A stretch of 64,000 nucleotides of DNA from Octopus vulgaris (taxonomy: Eukaryota), in NCBI GenBank assembly GCA_951406725.2, contig OX597833.1:65534001-65598000 (forward strand), in the 5' to 3' direction. The notes below the pieces were generated by a model, which saw only the letters and a list, made by a program, of their open reading frames with translations, was not told where the DNA came from and ran no database searches. The translations under genes and the position numbers were made by a program. Shown piece by piece: positions 1-13,314 of this stretch (position 1 is its first letter; every line of letters begins with the position of its first letter).

Positions 1-116
1 CGCGCATGCGTGCTTAGACATAGTTAAACGCAGACGCACACACAAACAAACACACATACACACAAACGAAATGTGTGTATATATATATATATATGTATAT
101 ACACACACACACATAC

Positions 117-184
<68 letters not shown>

Positions 185-435
185 TGAGGGAATAAAATCC
201 AAACTTACAAGGAAAAAGAATTCAATTTAGAAATATTAAATCAAATATGTAATTTTCTAGATGGTGTAATTTAATTATTCATTTTGAATTGATTAAAGGT
301 GGGGGTTTTTTCTAATATTATATATATATAACGGGAAGCTTTATGAAAATAAACAAAAGACGAAGGCAGGTGGAATACAAACAAACAATTGTATTAGTAT
401 GGCGCTAAGGAATATAAATAAAACATATTCGTTTT

Positions 436-760
436 GCAAGATTCTTGGTGTCAAGTCGTGTGTTGAAACAAATATTGTTGTATTCAGGGTTGGTCATGTT
501 GCCAGTTTAGCCAATGAAACACACGCACTATATATTTAATGTTCACTTGCTTCAGCTTTATTGCTATTTTATATTATTTGTATTTCGGCCAGATTTCTTT
601 CGCCACACTTCTGTGACCTCATCAGTGGTCCTTTGCTTTCTTCTTTCTTTTTGTGTGTGTGTCTCCTTACTAATGACCTGCCATTTCATATTCCTGTTGC
701 ATGAGTACATCCCTGTGTTTGTGTCTATGTTTAGCAAGTGTGGCGGGGGCAGAATGTGTA
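436..760 (-). mobile_element. Short non-coding repeat (Penelope pLTR-like) with hammerhead motif, copy 1 of an inverted pair
   Basis: About 470-745 is the diverged reverse complement of about 930-1217; contains the hammerhead core at 587-631. Boundaries approximate. Confidence 0.6.
587..631 (-). ncRNA. Minimal type-I hammerhead ribozyme-like motif
   Basis: Minus strand reads GGACCA CUGAUGA G GUCAC agaagu GUGGC GAAA gaaa UC UGGCC: stem I CCA/UGG, canonical core, 5-bp stem II, NUH=AUC. Confidence 0.6.
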
Positions 761-899
761 TGGTACCCCTGTTTTTTCACACTTCTTTAATTTAATTTAA
801 CTTATTTTATTCATTCGTTTTTGTTTTTGTTTTTGTTAATAGATAAAAAGCAAATGGATGAAATAAAAAAATTAAATTAAACGAACGTGAATTAAAAGG

Positions 900-1217
900 G
901 GATTCTGATAATGCCGGTATCATACACATTACCACACACACTTATTAAACATAGACACACAGAGGGATACACGCATGCGCAAATAAAGCTACATACAATT
1001 GGGATACAAAATGGCACATGGTTAGGAAGGAAAGACGCCAAAAAAGAAAGAAGAAAGCAAAGGACCACTGATGAGATTACAGGAGTGTGATGAAAGAAAC
1101 TCTGGCTGAAAAACGATTTATATAAAATAGAGCTGAAGCAGGTGAACACCAAATATTTAGTGCGCGTGCTTTTATTGGCTAAACTGGCAACATGACCATC
1201 CCAAAATAAAACAATAT
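900..1217 (+). mobile_element. Short non-coding repeat with hammerhead motif, copy 2 of the inverted pair
   Basis: Reverse-complement similarity to about 470-745; the two ORF translations share SSVVLCFLLSF. Confidence 0.6.
1062..1107 (+). ncRNA. Minimal type-I hammerhead ribozyme-like motif
   Basis: GGACCA CUGAUGA G AUUAC aggagu GUGAU GAAA G aaa C UC UGGCU; stem II substitutions relative to the 587-631 copy preserve pairing. Confidence 0.6.
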
Positions 1218-1247
1218 ATATATAGAACCACATCTATAAACAATATC

Positions 1248-1478
1248 TATTTCTTTACTGCCCAGAAGGGGCTAAACACAGAGGGGACAAACAAGGACAG
1301 ACAAACAGATTAAGTCGATTACATGGACCCCAGTGCGTAACTGGTACTTATTTAATCGACCCCGAAAGGATGAAAGGCAAAGTCAACCTCGGCGGAATTT
1401 GAACTCAGAACGTAGCGACAGACGAAATACTGCTAAGCGTTTCACCCGGCGTGCTAGCGATTCTGCCAGCTCGCCGCC
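1248..1478 (-). mobile_element. tRNA-derived SINE, family A (full length)
   Basis: Minus strand head GGCGGCGAGCTGGCAGAATCG (A box-like), GAGTTCAAATTCC (B box), central GCCTTTCATCCTTTCGGGGTCGATTAAATAAGTACC (resembles the Meta-SINE-type central domain); more than 12 copies or fragments in the window. Confidence 0.85.
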
Positions 1479-2106
1479 TAAACAATATCTTTATCAACAT
1501 AGAGTAGTTGCTTGGCTAGGTGGCGTTGCTGAATTCATCGTTCGAAAACATATACTTTTCAAAGTGACACACAACTACTGATCCAATAAATAGAAACATT
1601 ATTATTTCTAAATCTATCAAAGACATATATTCAGTAACAGTTCTGTAAAGTAAAGGTTATTTGCCAACATAATGTGGCTGTCCTGGAAGAGACGATTGTT
1701 ACTTTTGTGTAGCCCCAGGGAACAACGTTTCCAGCTGGCTATACGACACAATATCTGTGTCCTTATATTTTGGAACAGGAAGTCCAGCGCTCCCATCCAG
1801 CACATCACAACATCTATGGACGTGTTTCCTTGTTATTGCTCTTTATCAGCCCAGAATAGCTGCTTGGTTCAATGGCATTACTAAATTCACCGTTCGAACG
1901 GTGAATTCAGCAACGCCACCTAGTGAGATTATTTCACTGGTAATAAATATACATGTATGTACACATACATGTTCAATTAGGTATGTATTTTATTCATTAA
2001 GTAAATCAAATGCCAGGGCTTGTCTCGAAGTTTGGAAAGACATATTTTTATGTTTATCATTCTATCTTCTGTCTATTTTTGTTCGTCTACCTCTGAATAT
2101 AAATAA

Positions 2107-2178
<72 letters not shown>

Positions 2179-2549
2179 GAACACACATGTTCATATGCGT
2201 ATATACACTCACGAATTGAAAGCTATATTGTACCACACACCTTAATTAAATATAACTGAATATTGAACATCTAAAATCTGTAGGAAATAGAAAATATGAC
2301 ATATTTAATGAGAAAATTATGTATATATTGGACATTCCAGGAAATGAGTTATAGACACACCCACACTCATACACGCACGAACACACACGTACATACATAC
2401 AGACACACAGACACGCATATATACACCGCGGGATACGTAGAGAGAAAAAACATAGGTAGATAGATAGATACATACATACACACATACATACATATATACA
2501 CGTACATACATATACACACATATACATAGACACACAGCCAGACACACAA

Positions 2550-2707
<158 letters not shown>

Positions 2708-2709
2708 AT

Positions 2710-3165
2710 GCTATTTTAGGTATTTAAATTTTGAGGTAGACAAGATGAGATATGTTTCAAATATCGATTAATTAATTAGTTTACGGAAGTTGTATACAGT
2801 TCCCGGAAATAGAATATCCAATTTTTCATGTAGATGGCGTAAAGGGGAGGGTTGGGAAGGGTGTGGTAGGAAAAGAAGGAGAAAGAAGGAAAAGCGATTA
2901 GAGAGAGGTGTCAGTGGTAAGGGTAACGGGTTGTGCAAGGAGAAACTGGAGTGACGAGACTTGTCGAAGAAGGTGTTATAGGGAAATCAGTGTTGATAGG
3001 ATTAATAGGTCAAGAAAAGAAAAAGATAGAACTTAAATAGGGGAAAGCACGAGGTGGCGGAGGTGAAGAAAGGGGACAAGGATGATAAAAGAGATGGGGT
3101 AACGGTGACAGAGAAAACGATGGTGGGGTCAGGGTTTATGAAAGAGATTGGGTGACTGGCGCAGA
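2710..3165 (-). mobile_element. Decayed repeat with pyrimidine-rich tract (possible Penelope-like 3' region)
   Basis: Strongly purine-rich plus strand at 2840-3160 next to (AGAT)n; similar architecture to 49985-50230. Confidence 0.3.
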
Positions 3166-3194
3166 GAAATATTACTAAGTACTGATAATATCGG

Positions 3195-3760
3195 TTTCAA
3201 ATTTTGACACAAGGCCAGCAACATGAGTGGGAGAGGGCGGGATAAGGGGACTAGTCTACTACATCGACCCCAGTGTTTAACTGGTACTTATTTTATCGAC
3301 TCCGAAAGGATGAAATACAAAGTCGACCTTGTCGGAATTTGAACTCAGAACATAAAACTACTACCCACAAGGGGCTAAACACAGTGAGGACAAACAAGGA
3401 CAGAGAAACGGATCAAGTCGATTATATCGACTCCAGTGCGTAACTGGTACTTAATTTATTGACCCTGAAAGGTTGAATGGCAAAGTCGACCTCGGCGGAA
3501 TTTTAACTCTGAACGGAACGGCAGACGAAATACCGCTAAACATTTTACTCAGCGTTCTAACGTTTCTTCCAGCTCACCGTCTTCTAATTACTGATAATAT
3601 AAATCTCAAAATTTGGCAGAAGGCCAGCAAGTTAGGTGGAAGGGTAAGTCTTCTGCATCGATCCCAGTGATCACTGGTACTCATTTTATCGATCCCGAAA
3701 CGATGAAAGGTAAAGTCGATTCAGCCAGGCGCGCTAACGATTCTGCCATCTCCTTGCATT
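3195..3760 (-). mobile_element. Cluster of three family-A SINE copies/fragments
   Basis: Three occurrences of the ACTGGTACT..ATCGAC..CGAAAGGATGAAAGGCAAAGTCGAC motif (about 3280, 3445, 3675). Confidence 0.8.
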
Positions 3761-3774
3761 AAGTACAGATAATA

Positions 3775-4172
3775 TTATGTTGACCGGAAGTTTCTGAGCG
3801 TTTTTAAGCCAAATCTTTTAACGCTTCATTGAACACACCTGAAACGTAACACAGTTAAAACTTTGGCGTTGCTTGAAGTGGTAGTGCATCTCTTCTTCGT
3901 ACCTGACTAAAAATAGATTTATCTTTCATTCTGTATACCCTTTATTGGCATTTTAAGAGGTTAACCAATAATTTCATATTCGCGTGGTAATCCATTTCTC
4001 TTTTTAAAAAAAGGAGAAAATGCAGCAATGATTTACAAAACCATTTGTGAAGTTTATGGTGATGAAGGTGTAGGCGAGTCAACTGTTCGAAGGTGGTTTG
4101 CAAAATTTAAAGCAGGAGAGTTTAGCTTGGAAGATAACAGTCACAGTCGAAGACCTTCAAAATTGGATGAAG
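3775..4172 (+). pseudogene. mariner-family transposon 5' relic (N-terminal HTH of transposase)
   Basis: About 4010-4172 translates KKGENAAMIYKTICEVYGDEGVGESTVRRWFAKFKAGEFSLEDNSHSRRPSKLDED, typical of the mariner HTH region; TA followed by TIR-like TTATGTTGACCGGAAG at 3773-3790. Truncated. Confidence 0.8.
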
Positions 4173-4254
4173 ATAGAAAGTTAAAGAAGTGATTTTAAAT
4201 TCTCAAACGCAGGATAATGCCCGTAATATAGCCTGAACAGGATAATGGTGGAAG

Positions 4255-5300
4255 GAATGTCGATAATGTTTAATGTTTAATACATAAGCACTGATAATGT
4301 TGGGCAACGTAGTGATAATGTTATTTGAAGGAAGGAATGATAATGTTGGGTGGGAGATGTGGAAATGACGTTGACTGAAGAAATAGTGATAATTTTAGGA
4401 GAAATAGTCTTAATGTTGAATGAGGTGTTATTGATAATGTAGGGGGGAAGGATTAATGATAAAATGGGTTGAAGAAATTAGTAACAAGGTTGTGTTTTCG
4501 GCGAGTTGGCAGAAACGTTAGCACGCCGGCCGAAATGCTTATCGGTACTTCATCTGCCGCTACGTTCTGAGTTCAAATTCCGCAGAGGTCGACTTTGCCT
4601 TTCATCCTTTCGGGGTCGATTAAATAAGTACCAGTTACGCACTGGGGTCCATGTAATCGACTTAATCCGTCTGTCTGTCCTTGTTTGCCCTCTCTGTGGG
4701 TAGTAAAGAAATAGGTATTTCGTCTGCCTCTACGTTCTGAGTTCAAATTCCGCCGAGGTCGACTTTGCCTTTGTCCTCTCTGTATTTTGTCCTCTCTGTA
4801 TTTTGCCCCTTGTGAGTAGTAAAGAAATAGGTTGTGTTGAGAAATTGTAATAATGTTGGGTGACTGAAGTTTCGATAATGATCGATGGAGAAAAGGTTTA
4901 TAATAGTGAAAGGAATATCGATGATGTTTTATTTTTAATACAATATGCACTGATAATGTTATTTCAAGGAAAGAACGATAATTTTGGGTGGAGGATGTGG
5001 AAAAAATGCTTGATCAAAGAATTAGTAAAAAATTTTTAAGAAACAGTCAATGTTGAAAGAGGTAGGAATGATAATGGTGGGTGAAATTGTTAGTGATAAA
5101 ATGGGTGGAAACAATTAGTTACGAGATTGTGTTGAGAAATTGTAATAATGTTGTGGGTGACAAGAGTTTTGATATTATTCGGTGAACAAAGGGTTGATAA
5201 TTTGTGCAAGGAATACTGATAACGTTCGCTTGTTTTTTTTTTATATATACACAAAGGTGCCGGTAATGTTATGAGAAGGAAATGCTGATAATGCATATGA
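4255..5300. repeat. Degenerate ~315-bp tandem repeat built from GATAATGTT-like subunits, interrupted by a SINE
   Basis: 4260-4495 resembles 4919-5130, and 4830-4920 resembles 5125-5220. Confidence 0.6.
4500..4830 (+). mobile_element. Family-A SINE with partial internal duplication and TSD-like AGGTTGTGTT
   Basis: Head GGCGAGTTGGCAGAAACG at 4500; B box occurs twice; AGGTTGTGTT at about 4488 and about 4829. Confidence 0.85.
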
Positions 5301-5756
5301 AAAATATATTATGACAGGAATCTTAAACAAGACATATTGTGTAGAAAGAAAAATAATCTTTTCATTTAGAAAAAAGTAATTCTAAAAGTTGTTGATTTTT
5401 ACGTCGTTAAGTTGTGATTGTTTTTGTTTTTTTTGTCTTTTTAAATTTGTTTTTTTTGGAAAACATTTCTTGTAAGATTAAAAAAAATAGTAAGACTACC
5501 AAAAAAAACAAAACAAAAAACAATAATAGAACGAAAAACAGCTAAAATACTGTTTATTTTGTTTTTGTTTATTTCGGTTTCTGTTTTTTTTTTTGTTTTT
5601 TGGATATTACAAATAACATGTTTATTTATATGTTTTTTTTTTCTTTATTCTTACTTTTGAGATGTTTTTTTTCTTTAAATTTTCTTCCAAATCATTCAAA
5701 ATGGCAGAAAACGAGACAGGGAAAAACAAAATGAAACAATACAAGAAAACAACTCG

Positions 5757-5766
5757 ATGGTAATGG

Positions 5767-5800
<34 letters not shown>

Positions 5801-5957
5801 AGTATTAATGGTGACAGTGGTGATGGTGGTAATGGTGCTGATGAGTTTAGTGGTGGTGGTGGTGATGGTGGTGTGTGTGATAGTGGTGGTGGTGGTGGTG
5901 GTGGTGGTGGTGGGTGTGGTAGTGAAATTGATGATAATGACCGCGACGATGATGAAA

Positions 5958-5990
<33 letters not shown>

Positions 5991-5993
5991 ATT

Positions 5994-6035
<42 letters not shown>

Positions 6036-6065
6036 TTGATGATGATGATGATGATGTTGATGATA

Positions 6066-6130
<65 letters not shown>

Positions 6131-6289
6131 AGTATATATGAAGGTAATGGTGATGGTGGTGATGGTGAGTGTAGTGGTGGTGATGGTGAGTGTAGTGGTG
6201 GTGATGGTTGTGAGTACGGTAGTGGTGGTGGTGGTAATAGTGATGATGACGACGACGACGACGACTACGATGATGATGATGGTGATGAC

Positions 6290-6323
<34 letters not shown>

Positions 6324-6465
6324 TATATATGAAGGTAATGGTGATGGTGGTGATGGTGAGTGTAGTGGTGGTGGTAGTAGTGATGATGACGACGACGACG
6401 ACGACAACGATGATGAAGATGACGATGATGATGATGCGATGATGACGAAGAGGATGATGATGATG
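5757..6465. repeat. Compound (GAT)n/(GGT)n/(GAC)n microsatellite
   Basis: Direct reading; source of the poly-M/D/H ORFs. Confidence 0.95.
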
Positions 6466-6665
6466 GAAGAAATATAGGAAAAACATTTTAAAGTAGAATA
6501 TATGTATTTATGTACTTCATATATATATATATATGTGTGTGTGTATGTGTGTGCGTGTATTCACTTATATATATACACACATATATATATATATATATAT
6601 ATAAGGTATATTTTTAAAATTTCTAAGTATGGCCAAACTCACATTTACTTGTGTGTGAGTGTGTC

Positions 6666-6697
<32 letters not shown>

Positions 6698-7367
6698 ATA
6701 AATTGATATCACCATAAGACTGGAGGACAGTTAAGATACACATAGAATAACAGAAATACAGAGAACATTTATTTTTAACCCAAAATCAACAAACAACAGC
6801 CACACCAAAAATACATCATCATATATAATCGAGAGAACGGTCATACCACTTGAACTCATTCAACTTCTTCTGTAAAGTGGAATAGAACCAGAGGCCGAAT
6901 ATATGTGTGTCTCTAAGTAGGACTGTGTCCATATATGTACGTATATATATATATACATGTATGTATATATGTGCGTATATGTGTATATGTGTGTAGATAG
7001 AATAAGAGTTGCAAAGATCGGTATAGGTAGAGAGATTGGTGCAAATATACCTACGTAAATAGACAGACAGAGAAACAGAGAGAGAGGGGGGAGGGAGAGA
7101 GACAGACAGACAGACAGAAAAGAGAAGAGAAAGAAAGGTAGAAAGAGAGTAACGTGGAAGGATGCGCTGACGGATGTTGAGAAGCTAGAGGGCGCAAAAA
7201 ATAAAATTACGGTAAAAATTATCTGACAAGGAATATTTTGAACATTGGATGTTTTAATTATATAGTGAGATCGAGAGGGAGACAAAGAGAGGGAGAGAGA
7301 GAGAAAGAGACAAACAGACAGAGAGAGAAAGAGATGTGTATATACATATATGTACATACATACATAT

Positions 7368-7416
<49 letters not shown>

Positions 7417-7611
7417 TGTATGTATGTATGTATATATGGAATGAATGGTGTAAACAAGGTGCTGAGTTCATCATTAATTAATTTAGATATAGATATAGGT
7501 GAATGTATTTACACCTACACACTCGCTCGCACACACACGTGTGTAGAGGTGTATATTTTTATACGCACAGACATAATCCTATGATTGCAAATACACATAT
7601 ATATCTGTGAT

Positions 7612-7666
<55 letters not shown>

Positions 7667-8309
7667 ATATACATGTATATACATATATTTATATATAATT
7701 GTGTGTGGCACACATGTGTATTTAACACACACACATATATACATACACACACACACATATATGCCCACATATACATTTGTTCCTCACGCACGTATGTGTA
7801 CACTCTACAGATGTATCGATCGTTGAATGTCTGCAGAAATGGTACAAAAATATATAAAGACTAAATGAATCTATTAGAAAGACATCAGCTATCTTGGGTT
7901 ATAGTTATTTTGAAAACGGTAATTTTTATTCTGTACATCACAGAAACTGCGGAAATGCCATAGAAATGGAAGCATAACATAGTTTCTTACGGCTGATGAT
8001 GCTGTCACTGTTGTTGTAGTAATTATTGTTGTTGTTGTTAGTATAATTGTTGTTCTTGTTGCTGTTGTTGTTGTTGATGATGATGATGTTGACCATGTTG
8101 TTGCTAGCTCCTTATCAACGCAGTAATGGCGTTACCTTTGCACTCGTCTTTTTTTGTTTTGTTTTTTCCAAATCTAAAATATCTACTGAAAGCCTTTCTA
8201 TCTTAATGATGTTATGTCAGGACTTGAAGGACGATTACTTGTTATTTCTAGTCAGCTGAGTGAAAACATAGAGACTGTTTCATTTAAAGACTCGTTATAT
8301 ATTTATTTC

Positions 8310-9085
8310 TTTTTTCACTATTACCCACAAGGGGCTAAACATAGAGGGGACAAACAAGGACAGACATAGGTATTAAGTCGGTTACATCGACCCCAGTGCG
8401 TAACTGGTACTTAATTTATCGACCCCGAAAGGATGAAAGGCAAAGTCGAGCTCGGCGGAATTTGAACTCAGAACGTAATGGCATACGAAATACCTATTTC
8501 TTTACTACCCACAAGGGGCTAAACACAGAGTGGACAAACAAGGAGAGACAAACGGATTAAGTCGATTACATCGACCCCAGTGCGTAACTGGTACTTAATT
8601 TATTGGCCCCGAAAGGATGAAAGGCAAAGTCGACCTCCGCGGAATTTGAACTCAGAACGTAATGGCATACGAAATACCTATTTCTTTACTACCCACAAGG
8701 GGCTAAACATAGAGGGGAAAAACAAGTACAGACAAAGGGATTTAGTCGATTACATCGACCCAAGTGCGTAACTGGTACTTAATTTATCGACCCCGACAGG
8801 ATGAAAGGCAAAGTCGGCTTCTGCGGAATTTGAACTCAGAACGTAATGGCAGACGAAATACTTATTTCTTTACTACACACAAGGAGCTAAACACAGAGAG
8901 GACAAACAAGGACAGACAAACGGATTAAGTCGATTATATCGACCCCAGTGCGTAACTGGTACTTAATTTATCGACCCCGAAAGGATGAAAGGCAAAGTCG
9001 ACCTCGGTGGAATTTGAACTCAGAACATAAAGGCAGACGAGATATCGCTAAGCATTTCTCCCGGCGTGCTAACGTTTCTGCCAGA
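8310..9085 (-). mobile_element. Family-A SINE multimer: one tRNA head plus four 184-bp tandem bodies
   Basis: Anchor ACCCACAAGG/ACACACAAGG at 8323, 8507, 8691, 8875 (period 184); head portion only at about 9045-9085. Confidence 0.9.
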
Positions 9086-9237
9086 TCTGTTGACCGTTCT
9101 TTGAGTCACTTCTTCACTATAGTTTTCACTTCCTCGTCACTGGAATTATGTTTGCCTCTCAAACCCTCTTTCATAGGGCCGAAGAGATGATAGTCCAGTG
9201 AAGATGATAGTCCAGTGAATATGATAGTCCAGTGGAA

Positions 9238-9624
9238 GGGGAAGCACTCCGTCGGTTACGATAACGAGGGTTCCGGTTGATCCGAATCAACGGAACAGCC
9301 TGCTCGTGAAATTAACGCGTAAGTGGCTGAGCACTCCACAGACACGTGTACCCTTAACGTAGTTCTCGGGGATATTCAGCGTGACACAGAGAGTGACAAG
9401 GCCGGCCCCTTGAAATACTGGTACAACAGAAACAGGAAGTAAGAGTGAGAGAAAGTTGCGGTGAAAGAGTATAGGAGGGATCACCACCGTCCCCTGCCGG
9501 AGCCTCGTGGAGCTCTTAGGTGTTTTCGCTTAATAAACACTCACAACGCCCGGTCTGGGAATCGAAACCGCAATCCTATGACCGCGAGTCCGCTGCCCTA
9601 ACCACTGGGCCATTGCACCTCCAC
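9238..9624 (-). mobile_element. tRNA(Arg-like)-derived SINE, family C, full length
   Basis: Minus head GTGGAGGTGCAATGGCCCAGTGGTTAGGGCAGCGGACTCGCGG...GGTTTCGATTCCC (A and B boxes); flanking GATAGTCCAGT duplication; related fragments at about 35680, 45805, 56480. Confidence 0.85.
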
Positions 9625-10209
9625 TAAGAGATAGTCCAGTAAAGAGGCATTGAAAACTGTACTGAAGAACGGGGTCAAAGAAAAGTAAACAGAATTTTAC
9701 GTGGCAGAGATACATGCTCTGATTCGAAGGTGGAACATTGCTATTTAGAGAAATTGTTGAGAAGTAGGGATGTGATCCACAGAGGACCAGCTTCATTTTG
9801 ATGTATTTGATGTATGATGCATGTTCCTGTGTTGGGAATTATACCTGTCCTCAACAAAATGGCATTACTTTTGGACTCACCCTCGTATATATTATAAACA
9901 TTTGGTTATGAGTAGATGATTGCGCAGGTTATTATGCGATGTACATTAGATAATAAACATGGCTATGTCGTTGTTTTCATTATCCATGTCTCCGTATATC
10001 AATGTTTTACGTGTCTACTTCACGATGTTGAAACCATGGAACAAATGAAGTGCCAACTATTCCATTCTTACGCTACACTTCAGCAACGGGAGGCTTCCGT
10101 TTATTTGAAACCTGTGTTACATAAAGAATTCTTCTTCATACAGTTTCAGATCACGTGTACGCTGTTTGTGATAAACGCCTAAATTATCCAACCCCTTCTC
10201 ACTTGATAT

Positions 10210-10219
10210 ACATACATGC

Positions 10220-10265
<46 letters not shown>

Positions 10266-11010
10266 TCGCCCATACGTACATACATACATACGTACGCGTA
10301 TACATACATACATTCAAACATACATAAATATATACCTTCATAAAAATATACATACGCCCGTACGTGCATACATACATATATACGCACACATACATACATA
10401 CAGTCATTCATAAATACATACTTTCATATATACATACAACCATACATACATTCATACATACATACGCACATATGTACATACATTCAAACATAGATACTTA
10501 CATGCATACATACATACATGCATACATCTATACATACATACTTATATAGATACATACATACATGCATACATATAAACATAGAGCCATACATACCTATATA
10601 CATATGCGGATTCAGATATACGTACACCCATGCATACATTCGTACATACATACGTTCATACACACATACATACAGTCATACATATATGCATACATACAAA
10701 CATACAAACATACATACAAACATACATACAGGCATATACACATACATTCATACATACATTTATGTACATACATACATACATGCACAAAGATACATGCATA
10801 CACCCGTACAAACATATATATATACATACATACATATACATATACATACATATATATATATACATACATACATACATACATACATACATACATACATACA
10901 TACATACATACATACATGCATACATACATACATACATACATACATACATACATACATACATACATACATACATACATACATACATACATACATACATACA
11001 CACAAAAACA
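10210..11010. repeat. (TACA)n microsatellite, degenerate to pure
   Basis: Direct reading. Confidence 0.95.
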
Positions 11011-11156
11011 CATACAAGCCTGCAAACAGGAATTATTTGATATCCTGTTTGAAAACTTAATAATAGGAAATTTCTTATAAGTTTATCCATCATGCACAAT
11101 TTTGCGATTCCCAGGAACAAACGAAACATGTGGAACGGTAAATACATAATACCTAA

Positions 11157-11219
<63 letters not shown>

Positions 11220-11435
11220 TATGCATATATATTACATAAATTTATGTATACAGATAATACAATATATTATATTAGATAATATAGATAATATATATATATA
11301 TATAAAATTTATATATATATATATATATACTTCCGGACATATATATATATATGTATGAATATATGTATACATGTATATATATATTATATTATATATATAT
11401 ATAAATATATATATTTATACACACACACACACACG

Positions 11436-11482
<47 letters not shown>

Positions 11483-12086
11483 TTACATATATGTATACAG
11501 TTACATACATTTATGTATGAATATATGTATACATATTTATATATATTATATTATATATATAAATATATATATTTATACACGCACACACACACACACATAT
11601 ATATATATACATGCATACAAATGCATATTTATATACATGTACATGTCTCTATGTGTGTGTGTGTATGTTTGTGTGTGTGTGTGTGTATGTGTGTGTGCTT
11701 GTCTCTCTGTATGACCCGCTTTTCTGTTTTCCTACCTATCTAGCTGTTTAGTTAATTATCCATTTACCTGGCCAAAATTGGTAGTTCTCTGCCGGCTTCT
11801 GCATCACTTCAATTTTCTGTGCTTCTTTCGATACACACAGCCAAATACACATACATATACACATCCATTTATTCATACATTCCTATATATAAATATGCGT
11901 GTATGTGTCTGCGTATATGTGTCTTTGTGTATGCATGTATATTCCACATATGTGTATTTATGTCATAAATAATTATGTTCATTTTTCCTATATATATACG
12001 TGTATGTATATATGTGTATGTATATATATGTATATATATATATATATGTATGTATGTGTGTATGTATATGTATATGTATGTTTGTA

Positions 12087-12216
12087 TAATAATAACAACA
12101 ACAATAACAAAAATGATAGTAATAATAATAATGATAATAACAATAACGATAATAACAACAACAATAACAAAAATGATAATAATAATAATAATGATAATAA
12201 TAATAATAATAATAAC

Positions 12217-12251
<35 letters not shown>

Positions 12252-12324
12252 ATAACAACAATAATAATAATAATAATAATAATAACAATTAACGGCAATA
12301 ATAATAATAATATTAATAATAATA

Positions 12325-12373
<49 letters not shown>

Positions 12374-12420
12374 TAATAATAATAATAATGATGATAATAA
12401 TAATAATAATAATAATAATG

Positions 12421-12493
<73 letters not shown>

Positions 12494-12501
12494 TAATAAT
12501 G

Positions 12502-12541
<40 letters not shown>

Positions 12542-12593
12542 TAATAATAATAATAACGATAATAATAATAATGATAATAATAATAATAATAAC

Positions 12594-12652
<59 letters not shown>

Positions 12653-12656
12653 CAAC

Positions 12657-12691
<35 letters not shown>

Positions 12692-12710
12692 TAATAATAA
12701 TAATAACAAC

Positions 12711-12776
<66 letters not shown>
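12087..12776. repeat. ~690-bp (AAT)n microsatellite with GAT/AAC interruptions
   Basis: Direct reading. Confidence 0.95.
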
Positions 12777-12778
<2 letters not shown>

Positions 12779-13127
12779 AAGCTTTCAATTTTATCCCTCT
12801 AATATTGAATTCTGTATGAGATAAACTTTGCCCCGTATGTTATATATTTTCGTATATGTTTAACAACTCTTATATTGCAGTGTATATGTGCATATCTCTG
12901 TGTATTATTTATTGCACAGTAACATTACTATATATCTATCAATACATCCGTATACATATATGTGTGTGTGTGTGTGTGTGTGCGTGTTTGTGCATGTATA
13001 TGTATTTATATTTACACACACACACGCACATATAGGAATTTTTTCTCTACCATAATGTTCACGTGTATATATAGATATCTATGTATGTACGTGTGTTTAT
13101 CCCTCTCTCCCTCTCTCTCTCTCTCTC

Positions 13128-13205
<78 letters not shown>

Positions 13206-13240
13206 CATACATATATGTATATATATACATATATATATAC

Positions 13241-13314
<74 letters not shown>

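Noticed and set aside
5757-6486. Poly-Asp/Met/His ORFs resembling acidic biomineralisation proteins
   Set aside because: Open in several frames on both strands because of (GAT)n; no signal peptide or splice support. The same applies to 39131-40102 and 11869-12819.
8310-9085. Regularly spaced repeats superficially like a CRISPR array
   Set aside because: Whole 184-bp units repeat with no unique spacers; SINE-derived, eukaryotic context.
9550-9624. tRNA-like sequence with A and B boxes
   Set aside because: It is a SINE head continuous with a repeat body; no convincing acceptor stem.
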